From NCBI GenBank assembly GCA_002633005.1, contig NMRA01000460.1, positions 58,672 through 112,738 of the forward strand: a stretch of 54,067 nucleotides of DNA, written 5' to 3'. Source of the DNA: Phoronis australis (taxonomy: Eukaryota > Animalia > Phoronida). The first letter of the stretch is position 1; every line of letters begins with the position of its first letter. The translations under genes and the position numbers were made by a program. Below the pieces are notes generated by a model. That model was not told where the DNA came from, searched no databases, and saw only the letters and a list, made by a program, of their open reading frames with translations. Positions 27,000 through 39,560 of the stretch are shown here, one piece after another.

Positions 27000-27170
27000 G
27001 TAAAAGATGAAGAGCAGTTGAGAAGCTTATCTGAAAAATTGAAGGCAGGGGGTATTCGGCATAAACTGTGGATTGAACAACCAGAGAATATTGCAACCTG
27101 TTTAGCAGTGAAACCGTCTCGTAAGAACGAAGTGCAACAGTATTTTAAAGGACTAAAACTATTCAGGTGA
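27000..27170 (+). CDS. PTRHD1: PTRHD1 coding exon 2 (protein total 132 aa)
   Basis: ttgtttTAG|GTA; VKDEEQLRSLSEKLKAGGIRHKLWIEQPENIATCLAVKPSRKNEVQQYFKGLKLFR-stop; contains the HKLWIEQPENIATC signature. Not in the ORF track. Confidence 0.95.
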   Translation, partial: VKDEEQLRSLSEKLKAGGIRHKLWIEQPENIATCLAVKPSRKNEVQQYFKGLKLFR

Positions 27171-28005
27171 TAGAAGCTGTTGAACTGTGCGATTGAGTAA
27201 CGTATTGAGTCATCAAGTGGCAACCAGTGCAGAAGGACTCACAAATATGAACTATAAGGTGTTTCCATTGGAATCAAACGCGAGTCGTCTTTGAAATATT
27301 ACACTTTGAGATTGAATCAATGCATTAATCATCTAACAACAACACTTGAGTGTGTTAAAGTTTATTTAATTTTCATACACCAACATAATTATACATAATA
27401 TATTTACACACACGCACGCACGCGCGCGTGTGTGTATGTAACAAGTGGAAAAACGACCTTTGATTTACACTGAGCAGCTGTAATTGATGGTCATATCTTG
27501 CATCAGCAGTCATGAGATTGGGACAGTTATGTACAAACTGAAACCTGATACAAAATCTGACTGGCAACAGTTGGAAAACCTGTAAATTGGCTGTTACTTG
27601 CAAATGAAAGGTCCTTTTCAATAGAACATATCTTAAATGTCATACATGTTTACACTTTGGTCAGATCTTGGAAAGATGAACAAGTTTTTTTTGCAAACAA
27701 CAAATGTTGGTTGGGTCAGAAACAAAAGTCATCATGTAATGTTGATAAAGTCATACAAACAAAAATAAATTACTTTGAAAAATGAGCTTACCTGGAGGGA
27801 AGATCTGTGTCTTCTATGTGTCTGCATTTTAGTAGTTTATTTTTAATACTACATACAGTAGAAGTGTAAAGTAACATTTCAATCAATACCGCATGATGAC
27901 AAACAGTCAACATACACTTTTAACCAATGATGACTGAAGAGACTGCAAGCCTGAGAGCAGTTCATCAGCATGAGAGCTCTTGTGGGCTGAGGGTATTAGT
28001 CTAAC

Positions 28006-28283
28006 CATAGATTATAGACAACAGATTCGCAACTCCGATATTTTCTTGCGTAATATCCTAAAGTAGGCACCACACTCCTAAATTATCTGTCCCAGTTTCC
28101 GGTTAATGTATTGTGATGACACAGCAGCCGACCATGATTAGCAGACGACGTACTTGCCGGAAATAAAACCAGATAATTTGGCCAGGTGTTGCTGGTGAAT
28201 AATGACGTCATTGCTTCAATAAGAGCACAGATTTTGTCCACCTAAAGTATACGGAGTTGGCGGTCCATGTACTATAGTCTATG
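28006..28283. mobile_element. MITE with CATAGA...TCTATG termini (superfamily uncertain)
   Basis: Imperfect TIRs CATAGATTATAG..CAACTCCG / CGGAGTTG..CTATAGTCTATG; near-duplicated flank GTCTAA on both sides. Confidence 0.68.
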
Positions 28284-29688
28284 GTCTAAATGAATCATGG
28301 TTTTATTGTATCGTATAAAAGTTCATGATTCAGGTAGTCACACAAGACTCCGCCCCCAAATTCCTCCATAGATAATGAAGTGTTTTCTGCTTTTGGCCTA
28401 TTCAGATATTTCTTTTGTAACACTAACAATGGGACTGAAGAATAAAATTTTACAGGAACACTCACTGCCACCTAACAACCCTAAAGTATACTGCAGATGT
28501 TTTTGAGCAATGAGTTCACTGCTGCTGTAACTGTTTATAAACACTGAGTAAGTGAAAGTACCTAATATATATTGCAAAACTGAGCAGACCAGGCATTGTT
28601 GACTAGCAATGAATAATTTTGAAACTTGCCATGAAGCGTTCTACAAAGTCGTGGCTAAAGAAATATAAAAGTGTACCAAACCCAGTTTTGACATATTAAC
28701 AACAAACATAGTTTTTATTATATACCTGCTTTTATCACTCATGTGGGACGCCAATGATGCATTAGCAGCTGACAGAGGAATGGTTGAAATTCCCAAAACA
28801 GGGTTTAGTATCCTTTTAAAGGTTTATTTGTAATTTTCAACAATTGACTAGGGTGGTGTCAAATTTGAATTTTTGCTTTAGGGTTAAACCATTATCTTGA
28901 ACCCCAATAAACTTTGAAGTGTTTTTTTAGTCGCTGATGGTATCCATGTTCTTGTTGGTAACGGAAGTAAAATCTGATCATGGTAAAGACTCATTATGAG
29001 ATTTACTTTATGAGAGTTTGTTTTCTTAGCCGACTAAACCGGGCAAAATGCAGTTTGAAGTACAAAGCTGATGATTAATGTCATGTCATCTGCTTACAAC
29101 AAAGTTCCATGGTCAAAATGAAATTGCTGAAATAAATCAATGTAGGAGTGGTGAATCTTCATTCAGTTCATGGTTTGATGATGTGTAAACAGGAATCATG
29201 ATTAAAAAACAAAACAAAACAAAAAATGATTACACATAAAACAAGAACCAAAAATGGTTTTCAAAGATCGCACTTTTCGAGGGTTTCTCTCACAGTTAAC
29301 ATTTCACTTGACGTATATTCCGCCACCCTGACTTATAGCTGCGGTAAAACAGGTTAGTTTTAAAAGAAACAAATTTAATTATATCGCATCCTAGTATAAA
29401 ATGAAACTGTTCCTTTGTTGGGTGAGAAAAAAGAGGTGGCACTTGGTTATGGCTTGAGACCATTCTTGGCACATAAAATGACCCATAAAATGACCCACTG
29501 TGACAAGCCAAATTGTCAAGTCTGTTCTCAAGTAACAACAAAATGTTAGTTCTTCCAGATGTCTAACTTGAGTAAGGAACCAGTGGAGACCAATTCCATA
29601 ACTGCAAGTGACCAAAGTCAAAAGTTAGTAGTAAATATATAGACACTGATGTTAGCCAATAGTGAATCCAATGAACACAAACGAATCA

Positions 29689-30050
29689 GGAACCCCAACT
29701 TTGGATCAAAGCACAGGTCTCTATTTTGCTGGTCTAGTGCTCTTACCACTGAGCTATTGAAGACCAGGTATTTGTACAATTACTGTTTGCAGCCAACTGT
29801 TATATCATCCATCCAGTGAGGAGCATTTTGCCTTTTCAAATCAGACTTGGACAATTATATTACCACTGAGGTACTGAGGACCAGATATCTGTACAATTAC
29901 TGTTTGCAGCTAACTTATGTCATTCATCCCACCAGTGACATTTCACATTTTTTTACATGACATTTGGACAATTATATAATCAGCAATTTACCAGACCGGC
30001 TATCAGAGACCAATGGTTCAATTTCCAGTTGGGGTTCCTGATATTTTCTG
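29689..30050. repeat. Inverted pair of tRNA-derived sequences around two ~118-bp units
   Basis: Minus-strand 29689-29756 reads TAGCTCAGTGGTAAGAGCAC... (A box); plus-strand partial copy 29991-30050 has GGTTCAATTTCC (B-box-like); both end AGTTGGGGTTCCTGAT; CAATTACTGTTTGCAGC...TTGGACAATTATAT occurs twice between them. Confidence 0.72.
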
Positions 30051-30185
30051 TATTTATCTGTTTATTTCAATCAAAAGTTATCTTTTAACTGAAGGCTGGT
30101 TTATAGCGGGTTTACACAATCACTTCAGTTTACAGCACCGTTACTTCACCCAATAAAATTTTCCACTGAGAGATTTCACATTTTA

Positions 30186-30737
30186 CTAGTTTTCTTCATG
30201 CTTCACATTTGCTAACTTTAAATCATATGCTAGAAGAGATAGATCTCTTTCTGTGAAGTTGTAATGACCATCTGAATAGTGCTGTCTGAATGCTTTTCCT
30301 AAGTATTTCTCTCTTTTAAAACTTTGGAACCAGACAATGCGATCATCCCATGGATAATTTTCCGGAACAGACATTTGAGCCATGCTATCCCCATCACTAA
30401 ATATCTGTGGCCCAGGACAGCCATAGTGATCTTTACTGGCAAGATGATGCTGGGTCTGCTCCCCATTGGCTTCTCGAACAATGTTTTTGTGAACCTCGTT
30501 GCACACATGACAGCTGAAGCCGTCAATAAAGTTGATCCGATTATCGTCGTCTATACCCCATTCTCGCTTCTTCATGATATTTTTTAATTTCATGTTCGTC
30601 ACGCCAATTGTCTTGTGCTGGAGGAACTTTTCGTATTTTTCATCATCCATATCCAGGTCTTTCAGAAATGAAGCCAGGTCTTTGAATGTCTTGAAACGTT
30701 TAGCAGAGACTACTGAATTGGGGTGGGGAAGCATATC
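30186..30737 (-). CDS. FUT10: FUT10/11-like alternative terminal exon C (183 aa, ends HEEN)
   Basis: tttctgttgaCAG|GAT ATG; phase 0; DMLPHPNSVV...NFIDGFSCHVC...HYGCPGP; open to TAG. Confidence 0.88.
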   Translation of the reverse strand, partial: DMLPHPNSVVSAKRFKTFKDLASFLKDLDMDDEKYEKFLQHKTIGVTNMKLKNIMKKREWGIDDDNRINFIDGFSCHVCNEVHKNIVREANGEQTQHHLASKDHYGCPGPQIFSDGDSMAQMSVPENYPWDDRIVWFQSFKREKYLGKAFRQHYSDGHYNFTERDLSLLAYDLKLANVKHEEN

Positions 30738-31730
30738 CTGTCAACAGAAATAAAATTCACAGGAAAATGTAGTCATTTCGTATTCATAATAACGTGGTGG
30801 GGTTAATTTTGTCTCAGATACATACCCTGACAAACTGACGTGCAATATTCACTGAATATTGTAGTGTCATTATGTAATGTCATATTTGAGACAATTGCCT
30901 TGAGAATGAATTTAAATCATAGAACCTACTTGGTCTATAATGTTCAGGCACTAATTATTATGTTCGATTTCTGAAGTCCCAAGCCAGCTGTCTTGATTTC
31001 CAAATTGATTTGGTTACAGTGAACTTCAATAAGTACAATGAACTTAATATTAGAAATGTCTTGAAGGGTTTGTTATAATGCAGTTCAGAAGTGCTGAAAA
31101 TTTTGTGATTTTTTGCTGCTTTGAACTTTTAATTTCTGGTAAAACGGGTTATATGTCTTTTTAAACATCAGAATATTGATGGACATTCTTTTTTACACCA
31201 AAAACATATGAGAATATTTCTGTTACATATTTCGCTTTCAACATAACCAGTGAAACATTTTTGTACAATGCTCTTCCCCCAAGATTGGTTTTAAAAAAAG
31301 GTGGCTATGAGTCAATTGACCCAAATAGCCTCAAATCCATGGGCCAGTTTTTTTTGAACCCATAGGTCACATTCAGTCTAAGTGACCTTTTTCGAGTGGA
31401 TCAGGTGGCATTTAAATAGGGGTAAGTAGGTTATGTGATTATGGATCACTGCGATTAAAGTAAACACATTACCCTGCTGGGATCTACACTTTCCAAATAT
31501 GCTAGTCTCAATATCGCTTAAATTGTTAGTTTTGATCAGCTGCTTTGCATCATTGCTATATTAAGAGTCTAAATGTAATGCATATTATTCAAGACAAAAT
31601 CAGGCGGAATTTTGACAGTTTTAGCCTGCCCGATAACTTGAGTTAAGTAATCGGAATGTGTCAATGAAATATTTTATGTGAGAATGACCCGTGGCGCACT
31701 CCTAAAATTATCCCTGCCACACACTGCCAT

Positions 31731-32227
31731 GTTACCCCTAGAACAAGTTGCTCCTGGAATATAAGTTATTGCTAGTTTTAGTAGTAGAGTGGATGCCATT
31801 CACACCGGGGCAACTTGACTCATGCGTCCAACTTAACCAACATTATCGGGGTAGGGTAACTTGTTCTAGGACAATTGCCCCAAAGAAGTCATAGTGGGAA
31901 CACAAACCTGTACTCAAAGTGGCAGTTATTAGCAGCTGTGTCGTCAGTCGCTTGTATGCAAGTGTAATTTCTGTATGTGGCATATTTGTCATACTAAAGG
32001 TGTTGGAGTGTGTAGTCTGTAAACGACGTAAGTTAATTGATCTCTGAAGTGACGTCCACTATCTATATATTTTAAACTTGCTATTGTTGTTTTTCCCTAT
32101 GTTGTTCTTCATTGTTATACTGTGACAGTAATACTGTGGAGAGAGTGTGGTCACTTGAACCAAGACAAATTAGTATGGACGCTCATCTAGGGACAAGATG
32201 CTCTAGGGCAAATTGTTCTAGGGTTAC
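31731..32227. mobile_element. MITE-like element with imperfect TIRs
   Basis: GTTACCCCTAGAACAAGTTGC / GCAAATTGTTCTAGGGTTAC, with an internal related copy near 31855. Confidence 0.6.
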
Positions 32228-34755
32228 TCGTTATGCAGTTACCACTTTATTTCTCACAAAAAATCATGCATAATGTGGTTTCAAACAAAAACATGATTCC
32301 CTAGCAAGCACAGAAATTCTGGCAATAGGGCATATGTCAAGAAAACTGCTGAAAACGTATTTTTCAAGATGCTCCAGGTGTGTGCACCACCCATTCAGAA
32401 TTGTTTCCAGACGTTTTAAACAATAATGGGTTGTATAATCTTATGAAATACAAATCCTTTTGACATTCAAACACAAACTCATTTGTTGGAATGCAGTTTC
32501 CAGGAAGCACTACATAATGTTTATGGTAAGTTAACATAACGATGGAGAAAAAAATTCCAGATTTGACCATTTCACTTTCTCAGAATCAAACTTAAAAGAT
32601 TCTTCATTTAAAACTGGGTAAATTTTTGGCATGTCACACAGGGGATTATAAAATACAACTTGATAATATTGAGTTTTTATATAGCATGCATCAAGATTGC
32701 TGTAGATATTATTACTATTGAATAAAAAATGCAAAAATAAACACCAACGTGTGAACCCTTAAAATTTTTATTATGAGATTGAAACAATTAAGAATAGATT
32801 TTATCTAAATATTTCTAAGATACATTTCTGTTAATTTTCATTTCAATTAAGATTTTACTAATAATTATATATTTAATGAAATAACAACACATTTGAAGGA
32901 TAAGTTTAAATGGCACTTACCAGTTATAAACAAGGACTTAAATACACGAAACAGTCTAACCTACGAAAAGTCTCCGAACAAAATGTCCCCGATATCACCT
33001 AAAAAGTTGTATTGACCATTTTATCACAGCAGCAAATCAGATGTGTATGTAACATTTTAGTCAGATCTCAACACAGAAAATAATGCCATCATGATGTTGG
33101 CAATCTACATTACTTGGAAAATTTGAAAATATCCTTTCAAACTCTGCTAAACAAGCAAGCGTGGCCTACCCTTTTAGCGAATTACACGGCAACTGTGGTA
33201 AAAGACCACCTACCAAGGACCATAGTTCAACATGTGACATTTGGAGCATGACTTTTTAGTTGATTCCTACGTTTAACTTGGAAGATTGACACCAATGATG
33301 CATTAGCAGGTGACAGAACGAGTATTGGTGGAAATCATTAAAACAGGTTTAAGTATCTTCTAAGTAAAAATACATTCAATTCTAAGAAAATTTTAAGACC
33401 TTTCAATTTCAGAGTATGTAACTCTTCATTAAGTAACACCGTGAATCAACAATATGTGCACAAGGTGACTTTCATGCACGACCACTGATACTTTTATCCT
33501 CTGGCTGAAACGTGGAACAACACCCTCCGAGATAACGTAATATAGACCACTTTGGTGCCACCCAGATGTCAGACATCGCTATTCACGACCTAAGCAGTGA
33601 GATTCTGCAGAAACCATTACCCCTAACCACGAAGCAAGGAGACAATGTCATTACATCATAGTAAAAAACAAGATAATCTTATAAGAAACGAAAAAAGGAG
33701 AAAGGCATCAGTGGTCATGTAATAAAACAAAGTTAGACCCAATCCCTCAGTGATATGGACCTTGGGAGACCAATATTGGTCACGAGTAATACTTGTCTCA
33801 CTCGGGCATATGACTTAATATCTACCTCAAGATAAGTGTATATCTCCGCCAAGATCTGTCTATATCTCCCTCAGGGTAAGTCTTTAATTTGTAAATACTC
33901 TGTAGCATTCAGCAACTAGTGCACACAGTTTGAGGTAATTCTTCTGTTAAGTCGTACAAAATTATACAATTTTTCAGAGACATGGGGTGACAGAGAAAAA
34001 ATGCACACAATGTATTATACCAATAAACCATCACCAAAACTTGAAGTTGAACAAACTTTTAATATATAGGCAAGATGTCATACAGCAAAAATTTTCAGAT
34101 CTATATAGTAATGCGTGTTCATGTTAAGACTAAACAATGACAACACGTTTGTACTAAACAAAATCACAATATTTAAAAAATAAATGAAAAAATGCAAAAT
34201 TTCGTGTATGCCTGAAAGCTATATTACCACAGCCCAGGAGAGTGTGTATTTAAGTAATGTATTCCACAAGTCACAGTGAAATGTCTATTTATGTACTGAT
34301 CACCTAAAGGCAACAAACAAATGCAACAGCAGCAGTTCTTTCTGACATTAATACACTTACATTTTGAGCAGTTACAGAGTTCACGATTATCCACCAAATA
34401 CTAAAAATATGATTGACGTAAATGGATTAAGCATAAGTGAATAACATATTTCAAGTTCCTTTCCTCACTCAAAAGCATAGTTATTCATGACAGCATCACA
34501 CACCACTGTAGTTCAGGCTAAAAATCTGACTACGGTAATAAAAAACCTGATTGCTGGTTGGTCAAAAAATCATAGGTGGATAACACGATAGCTAAAATTA
34601 CATAGACTAAATGACTATATTTAACTACAGAGCATGTACCAGGAATGTATAATTCTACATAAAAATTAATAAAAAATTAGTAAATACACCACAGTTAATC
34701 AATCAACATGATCCAAACCTACAACCAAATTACAAGCAAAGAAACTGTGGCTAGC

Positions 34756-34889
34756 CTCGATTCACTCTACCTGTTCAGCAGGATCACCAGACTAAGACAT
34801 CTGATTAGATAGCCACTACTGACTTCCAGGTTACAGACCAATCAATGTGTTATCCACTCTATCCCACTGACCTTGTAGAGTGAATTGAG
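34756..34889. mobile_element. Small MITE-like inverted-repeat element
   Basis: CTCGATTCACTCTAC / GTAGAGTGAATTGAG, 15 bp with one mismatch. Confidence 0.55.
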
Positions 34890-36093
34890 AGAAACCAGTG
34901 AGAATGAGTAATTTAAGAACCCATCCCAATAAAATGACAATTGAATCCAAACGTTATCAGATCAAAATGGTTGGCCTATTGGTTGCCATGCACATCCTCA
35001 AAAACAAACGAGATATTTAGTTCCTATGCAACACTCTGAATACGGTAACGACTATTAGTAATTACCAAACTTGTATACAGCAAAAGTGAACACGAAAGAG
35101 TAACTATAAAAATAACAATGAGCATGAAGGAGTAATTTTTTTTATTTAGTACATGATCATTTAAAGGAACTAATTCTTTTACAGTTAGATGAATAGGAAC
35201 ATTGAAAGTACGAGAAGTTTTCAAAACTAATGGCTACCATATCCACATACGCTAAACTGACATTCCTATGCTCAAGAAATTACAGCAGCAGTAAAATTTA
35301 TACCAAATGTGTCAATCTGTTTATTTAGAAAAGTGGAAATTCAAAAAGCTATTAGTTTCAGAGGTTTGACCATTGCCCAGTAAAAGGCAACAGCTAATTC
35401 CCCATGTGTTCTCTTTGAGACCTTTTGTTTACTATTCAAAATGTCTTGTTTCATTCTTGATGGTGTAAAGACTCAAGCTCTATTGCTGGTTTCTCTATTC
35501 ATGCAGTTTATTTTGCCTCCGAGCCCAGCGCATCAGAAGACTCCTGGGGTCTTGATTGTAACCATAAGTTAATTTATGTATTCACAGATATAATGGCATG
35601 CAGCTGCTGTAACCTAATATTCACCAATAGGGGGAACTGGCTAACTGCACGGAATCAAATATGTGTACAATACACCAGTTTTTGCAGCAGCAGGTCTTAG
35701 GATTTTGCCTTATGGTGGTTTTGCTGGTGGTGGTCCCGTTTTGCGTTGACATTTTTTTCTGGTCATGACCTATGAGAGCCGGATTAAACCCCTTAACCTC
35801 CCATAGACCTGCCACTGCCATGATTGTACATGAGACTGCATCTGGTTGAACACATGATAAGCTATGTTTGTCGACCTTGATAGAAAACAACAGGTGGTGA
35901 TCACACGACCTGACAACATCAACAACTTGAAGTTTCTCCATAGCTATAATGTTAAGAAGGAAGACACCTAATTTCCTCAACACCAACATATAACACTCTA
36001 ATTCTGCAACACTAAATTGAAATGTTCAAAAGAACTACTGGGTAATGCATGAGGACAGCTATCGGTCAACATTTTCACCGTAACAAGTTGCTC

Positions 36094-36642
36094 TCAACTT
36101 TCATCATGTATTACAATTCCAGACTTTAAATCAAGTGCTAGGTGAGATAAATCTTCTTCAGTGAACTCATAACGGCCATCTAAAAAATACTTTTTAAATG
36201 CCTTGGCAAAGTATTTGTCTTTCTCAAAAACATGGGCCCAGAAGTGGTGGTCTTCATCTTCAGTGTTTTCTTGGGCGAGGACTTGAGCCATGTTATCCCC
36301 GTCAAATACATGTGGCCCCGGGCAACCATAATGATCTACTGAAGCGTGATGTGGCACGGTTGCCTTTCCGTTAGCTTCTCTACGAAGGTTCTTGTGAATT
36401 TCTTGGCAAACGTGACATGCAAAACCGTCAATGAAATTCATTTGGTCAAAATCATTTATTTGCCATTTCCGATTATCCATTTTTTTTCTCAAGTTCTTGT
36501 TTGTAACTCCAACCTGCTTGTGCTGAAGGAACTTGTCATACTTAGCATCATCCTTATCCAGATCTTCTAGATGCAAAGCTAGTTCTTTGAAAGTGCCAAA
36601 CTGGTTGGCAAAAACTACTGTGTTTGGATGGGGCAGCATATC
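36094..36642 (-). CDS. FUT10: FUT10/11-like alternative terminal exon B (182 aa, ends HDES)
   Basis: ttctcttcgCAG|GAT ATG; phase 0; DMLPHPNTVV...NFIDGFACHVC...HYGCPGP; open to TGA. Confidence 0.88.
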   Translation of the reverse strand, partial: DMLPHPNTVVFANQFGTFKELALHLEDLDKDDAKYDKFLQHKQVGVTNKNLRKKMDNRKWQINDFDQMNFIDGFACHVCQEIHKNLRREANGKATVPHHASVDHYGCPGPHVFDGDNMAQVLAQENTEDEDHHFWAHVFEKDKYFAKAFKKYFLDGRYEFTEEDLSHLALDLKSGIVIHDES

Positions 36643-37224
36643 CTGCGAAGAGAATAAATTACTCCTAAAAAGTGTGACATTAACTTTCTGTATTTCTTCA
36701 CATAAATGTATGAGATAGAATGACATACAGAAAGTGTTCGTACAGAAAGCGTTAACTTAAGCAACAAGATTATTCATACTGACAGACCTGGGATGTCGTA
36801 TGGGTGGGCCCAACTATAATCTTTGAATGAAAAACATTCAGGTAAAGCCAATTGGATAAAGGCATGGCATTTTCCCTCATCGAGACTGTAGGGTCTCCTG
36901 TCTCCCAGAGTCCACCAAAGGTATACAAAAATCATTTGTCTTGAGGTGATACAGGCAGCTAGTTACTTTCATGAAATTTCCCAGGAAATACCACCGAACT
37001 ACACCCCACGTCTTTTCACAATTTGTGTACTTTATAACTTTATGATATTTCGCTAACACTGCTGTTGACAAGAAGTAGATTAATTACAAGTGGCATGTTT
37101 TCTGTTAAACACACCATGTGTAAACAAAACTAATTGTGTTGTCTTTGGACAAAAAATTCTGTACAATAATTGTCCACTTATGTAGCACACTCGCCTCATT
37201 TCGCACACCCAAAATTGCTTTTAA

Positions 37225-38827
37225 AGGAGAATGCCACCTGATTTAATTAGTCTTTTTTACCGTCTTAATCAGTCTATATCCACATCGCCTCTTGTACAGT
37301 CCACCTCACCTTGTCAACCTGTGAGGAAGGTGAGAAATGACGCAGCAATGTCAGTGGTTCGTCTGTAGAGAGAAAACCGCTATATTGCGGTGCATCGTTC
37401 CCGCTTTTTGGAGCTACGAAGCTGCGAAGAAAGCGGACATATCATTTTTTCGACTTTCTCGCGAGCCCGAAATGCTTAGGAAGTGGCTCGCGGTAGTGAA
37501 GAATGAAAGGTACGCTGTTAATAGCAAGTATGAGGCCGTGAAACATCTCCGTGTCCGTGGACGGCATTTCGTCGACAGTGATTTCTCTGACATATAACGG
37601 CTTACCGTTGCCTGTGCATGTTCACGGCGCCTCTCTAGTATTTCTTAATCAGTGTATTCCGGTTCGAACTGATAGCCTGTGAAACCTAACGATACGACCC
37701 ATGAAGTCTTCATCACCTGAGCTCTTGACTAAGTCGGAATTGGCATGAAGCGAGTTGCCATATAGACGTTTATTATTCAGCACTCTGTTTCAAAATGAAT
37801 TATTCTCATCCTAACCAATGCTTATATAAAAATGAAACAAGGTCTGTCTCATTAGATACAATTTGTACAGTATTCGTGAGTGCAAATGTCGAGAAGCCAG
37901 CAATGAATAAACCACTGCGTTACCGGCTTTTGATGCCTGCAATAAAGGTAATTGACTGGGCACTGAGACCGTGTGAGTGCACGCTAATTCAGCGTTTGCT
38001 GACAGGAAGCTGTTGTGAAACAATTACTCGATTTTATATGCTATGGTCACATGTTAGGGGAATCTTTTTTAGAAATACAAATACATTATTCAAATCATTG
38101 TTACTGTACAACCTTTGCCCTGACAGTCTGAGGAATTGGTACCCGACGTCGCGGCCCCGACAAGTAAATAGATTTTCAGTTTTGTTGCTAATTCACATAA
38201 ATAATTACGCGCACATTATTTCTTTGGCTCACTATTATTAGTCTTTTGGTGACTGGAGGTTTAGTTTCCAACTCAAGCTGGTTTACGTTCGTGCCAGTCC
38301 TGGCGTCCGCGACGGGCCTGATTGGGTTCCGAGCCACTGGCCGGGATAACAAGCGTTTTTTGTGTTTAGAACTCAAAAAAATCACTAGTTTAAACAACAC
38401 AGATCTATGTATTCCTGTCTGTATTTCACTGAAGAATATTTCGAATTTATCTCCGAACAGACCCCAAACTCATGCTACGGACCTTGGTAAATTGGCCTGC
38501 TGAACTTTGAAGGTTACAGTGTGTCCAAATACCACTAAATCCGTAACAGCGAAATAAAACAACACGTTTTTATAAGAACTCGGTGTATTTTTAAGGGTTT
38601 TACATCGAAGTTTGATGATCTATTGGTGATGAATTCAAGCGTAAGCTGACACCAGTAACCCGTGTTGTGAACTGCTGAACAGACTGCGTGTGAAACCAAT
38701 GACGTCATTGGATAATTTCAACACCTCCGTCTGCCGTCAGGTAACGCAACTGAATGTGCCGTTGTCGAGTAGAACTACTCGATCTAAATTGATACAAAAT
38801 AGGTTGTTTTTTGGGTGGCATTCTCCT
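37225..38827. mobile_element. Kolobok-like non-autonomous DNA transposon, 1603 bp
   Basis: Perfect 14-bp TIR AGGAGAATGCCACC / GGTGGCATTCTCCT; TTAA on both sides (37221-37224, 38828-38831); RR...YY termini; internal THAP remnant. Confidence 0.85.
37337..37597 (+). pseudogene. Degenerate THAP domain (transposase N-terminal remnant)
   Basis: CIVPAF...ISFFRLSREPEMLRKWLAVVK...LRVRGRHFVDSDF; THAP F/W/HF pattern present, but two zinc-ligand Cys positions read F and R, and an early stop follows. Confidence 0.75.
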
Positions 38828-39560
38828 TTAAGTAAATATGCTTATGCGCGACGCCCCGTCCTGCGAGGTGAGTTTCCAGATTTTGGTGATCGGGAACTCA
38901 GGTTTCACCCGTATCGTTATCAATTTGACAGTGATTGAAGAGGAGAGAGTTGGTGAACCAATGTTAATATAGTCCAGCGCACTCATTGTCTGCATTGATC
39001 TGATAAGGTCACACAATCCAGCAATTATGTTTTACACAGTGTGCCTGACACAAACTGATATTTAAAAAATACTATTTGCAAACAACTTTCAACAAATGAT
39101 GTGACGAATATTTTTTTATGAAATACTACCACCAAAAAAAATTCAAAGGGAGAAAAAGGGTTGACTTTTAGAGAAAGTAGATTTAAGTTTCACCTGCCGA
39201 TTCCTTTTTGCGACTGTTAGCTTTGACCCACTTAACCACAGCAATTTGCACTAAAACAATAGGCGTGTTAGCCAAATTTCTCCTAGTGTGATTCTAGATC
39301 AGGTTGTGATATTCAAGGAATGGTACATAACGAAACAGACACTCTGAACAATATTTATTATTCGAAAATAACAATGAGTCCCAGAAATGAGGATTACTAT
39401 GTATGTACGTATTTATGCCCATGTGGCTATCTTCCAACCTGACTATCGTATATTCAGAATAATTTTTTCTTTGAAAAGAGCATAAGATTGGAAGTAAGTG
39501 CATGGGCCTAAATACAAGCATGTATGGTACAGGAACAAATTTAATAATAACAACAAAAAT

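Noticed and set aside
29689-29756. Functional tRNA gene (also 46141-46206 and about 20845-20912)
   Set aside because: A and B boxes are degenerate or incomplete, no proper acceptor stem is apparent, and the first two share repeat flanks; treated as tRNA-derived repeats.
30186-36726. Exons B and C as standalone single-exon genes starting at MLPHPN
   Set aside because: Homology starts right after a strong acceptor at the same codon as exon A, which has no Met there; they lack the anchor and GT10 motif.
37187-39290. Outer CAC...GTG (Transib-like) element around the Kolobok-like insertion
   Set aside because: Only about 6 bp of terminal match and no TSD.
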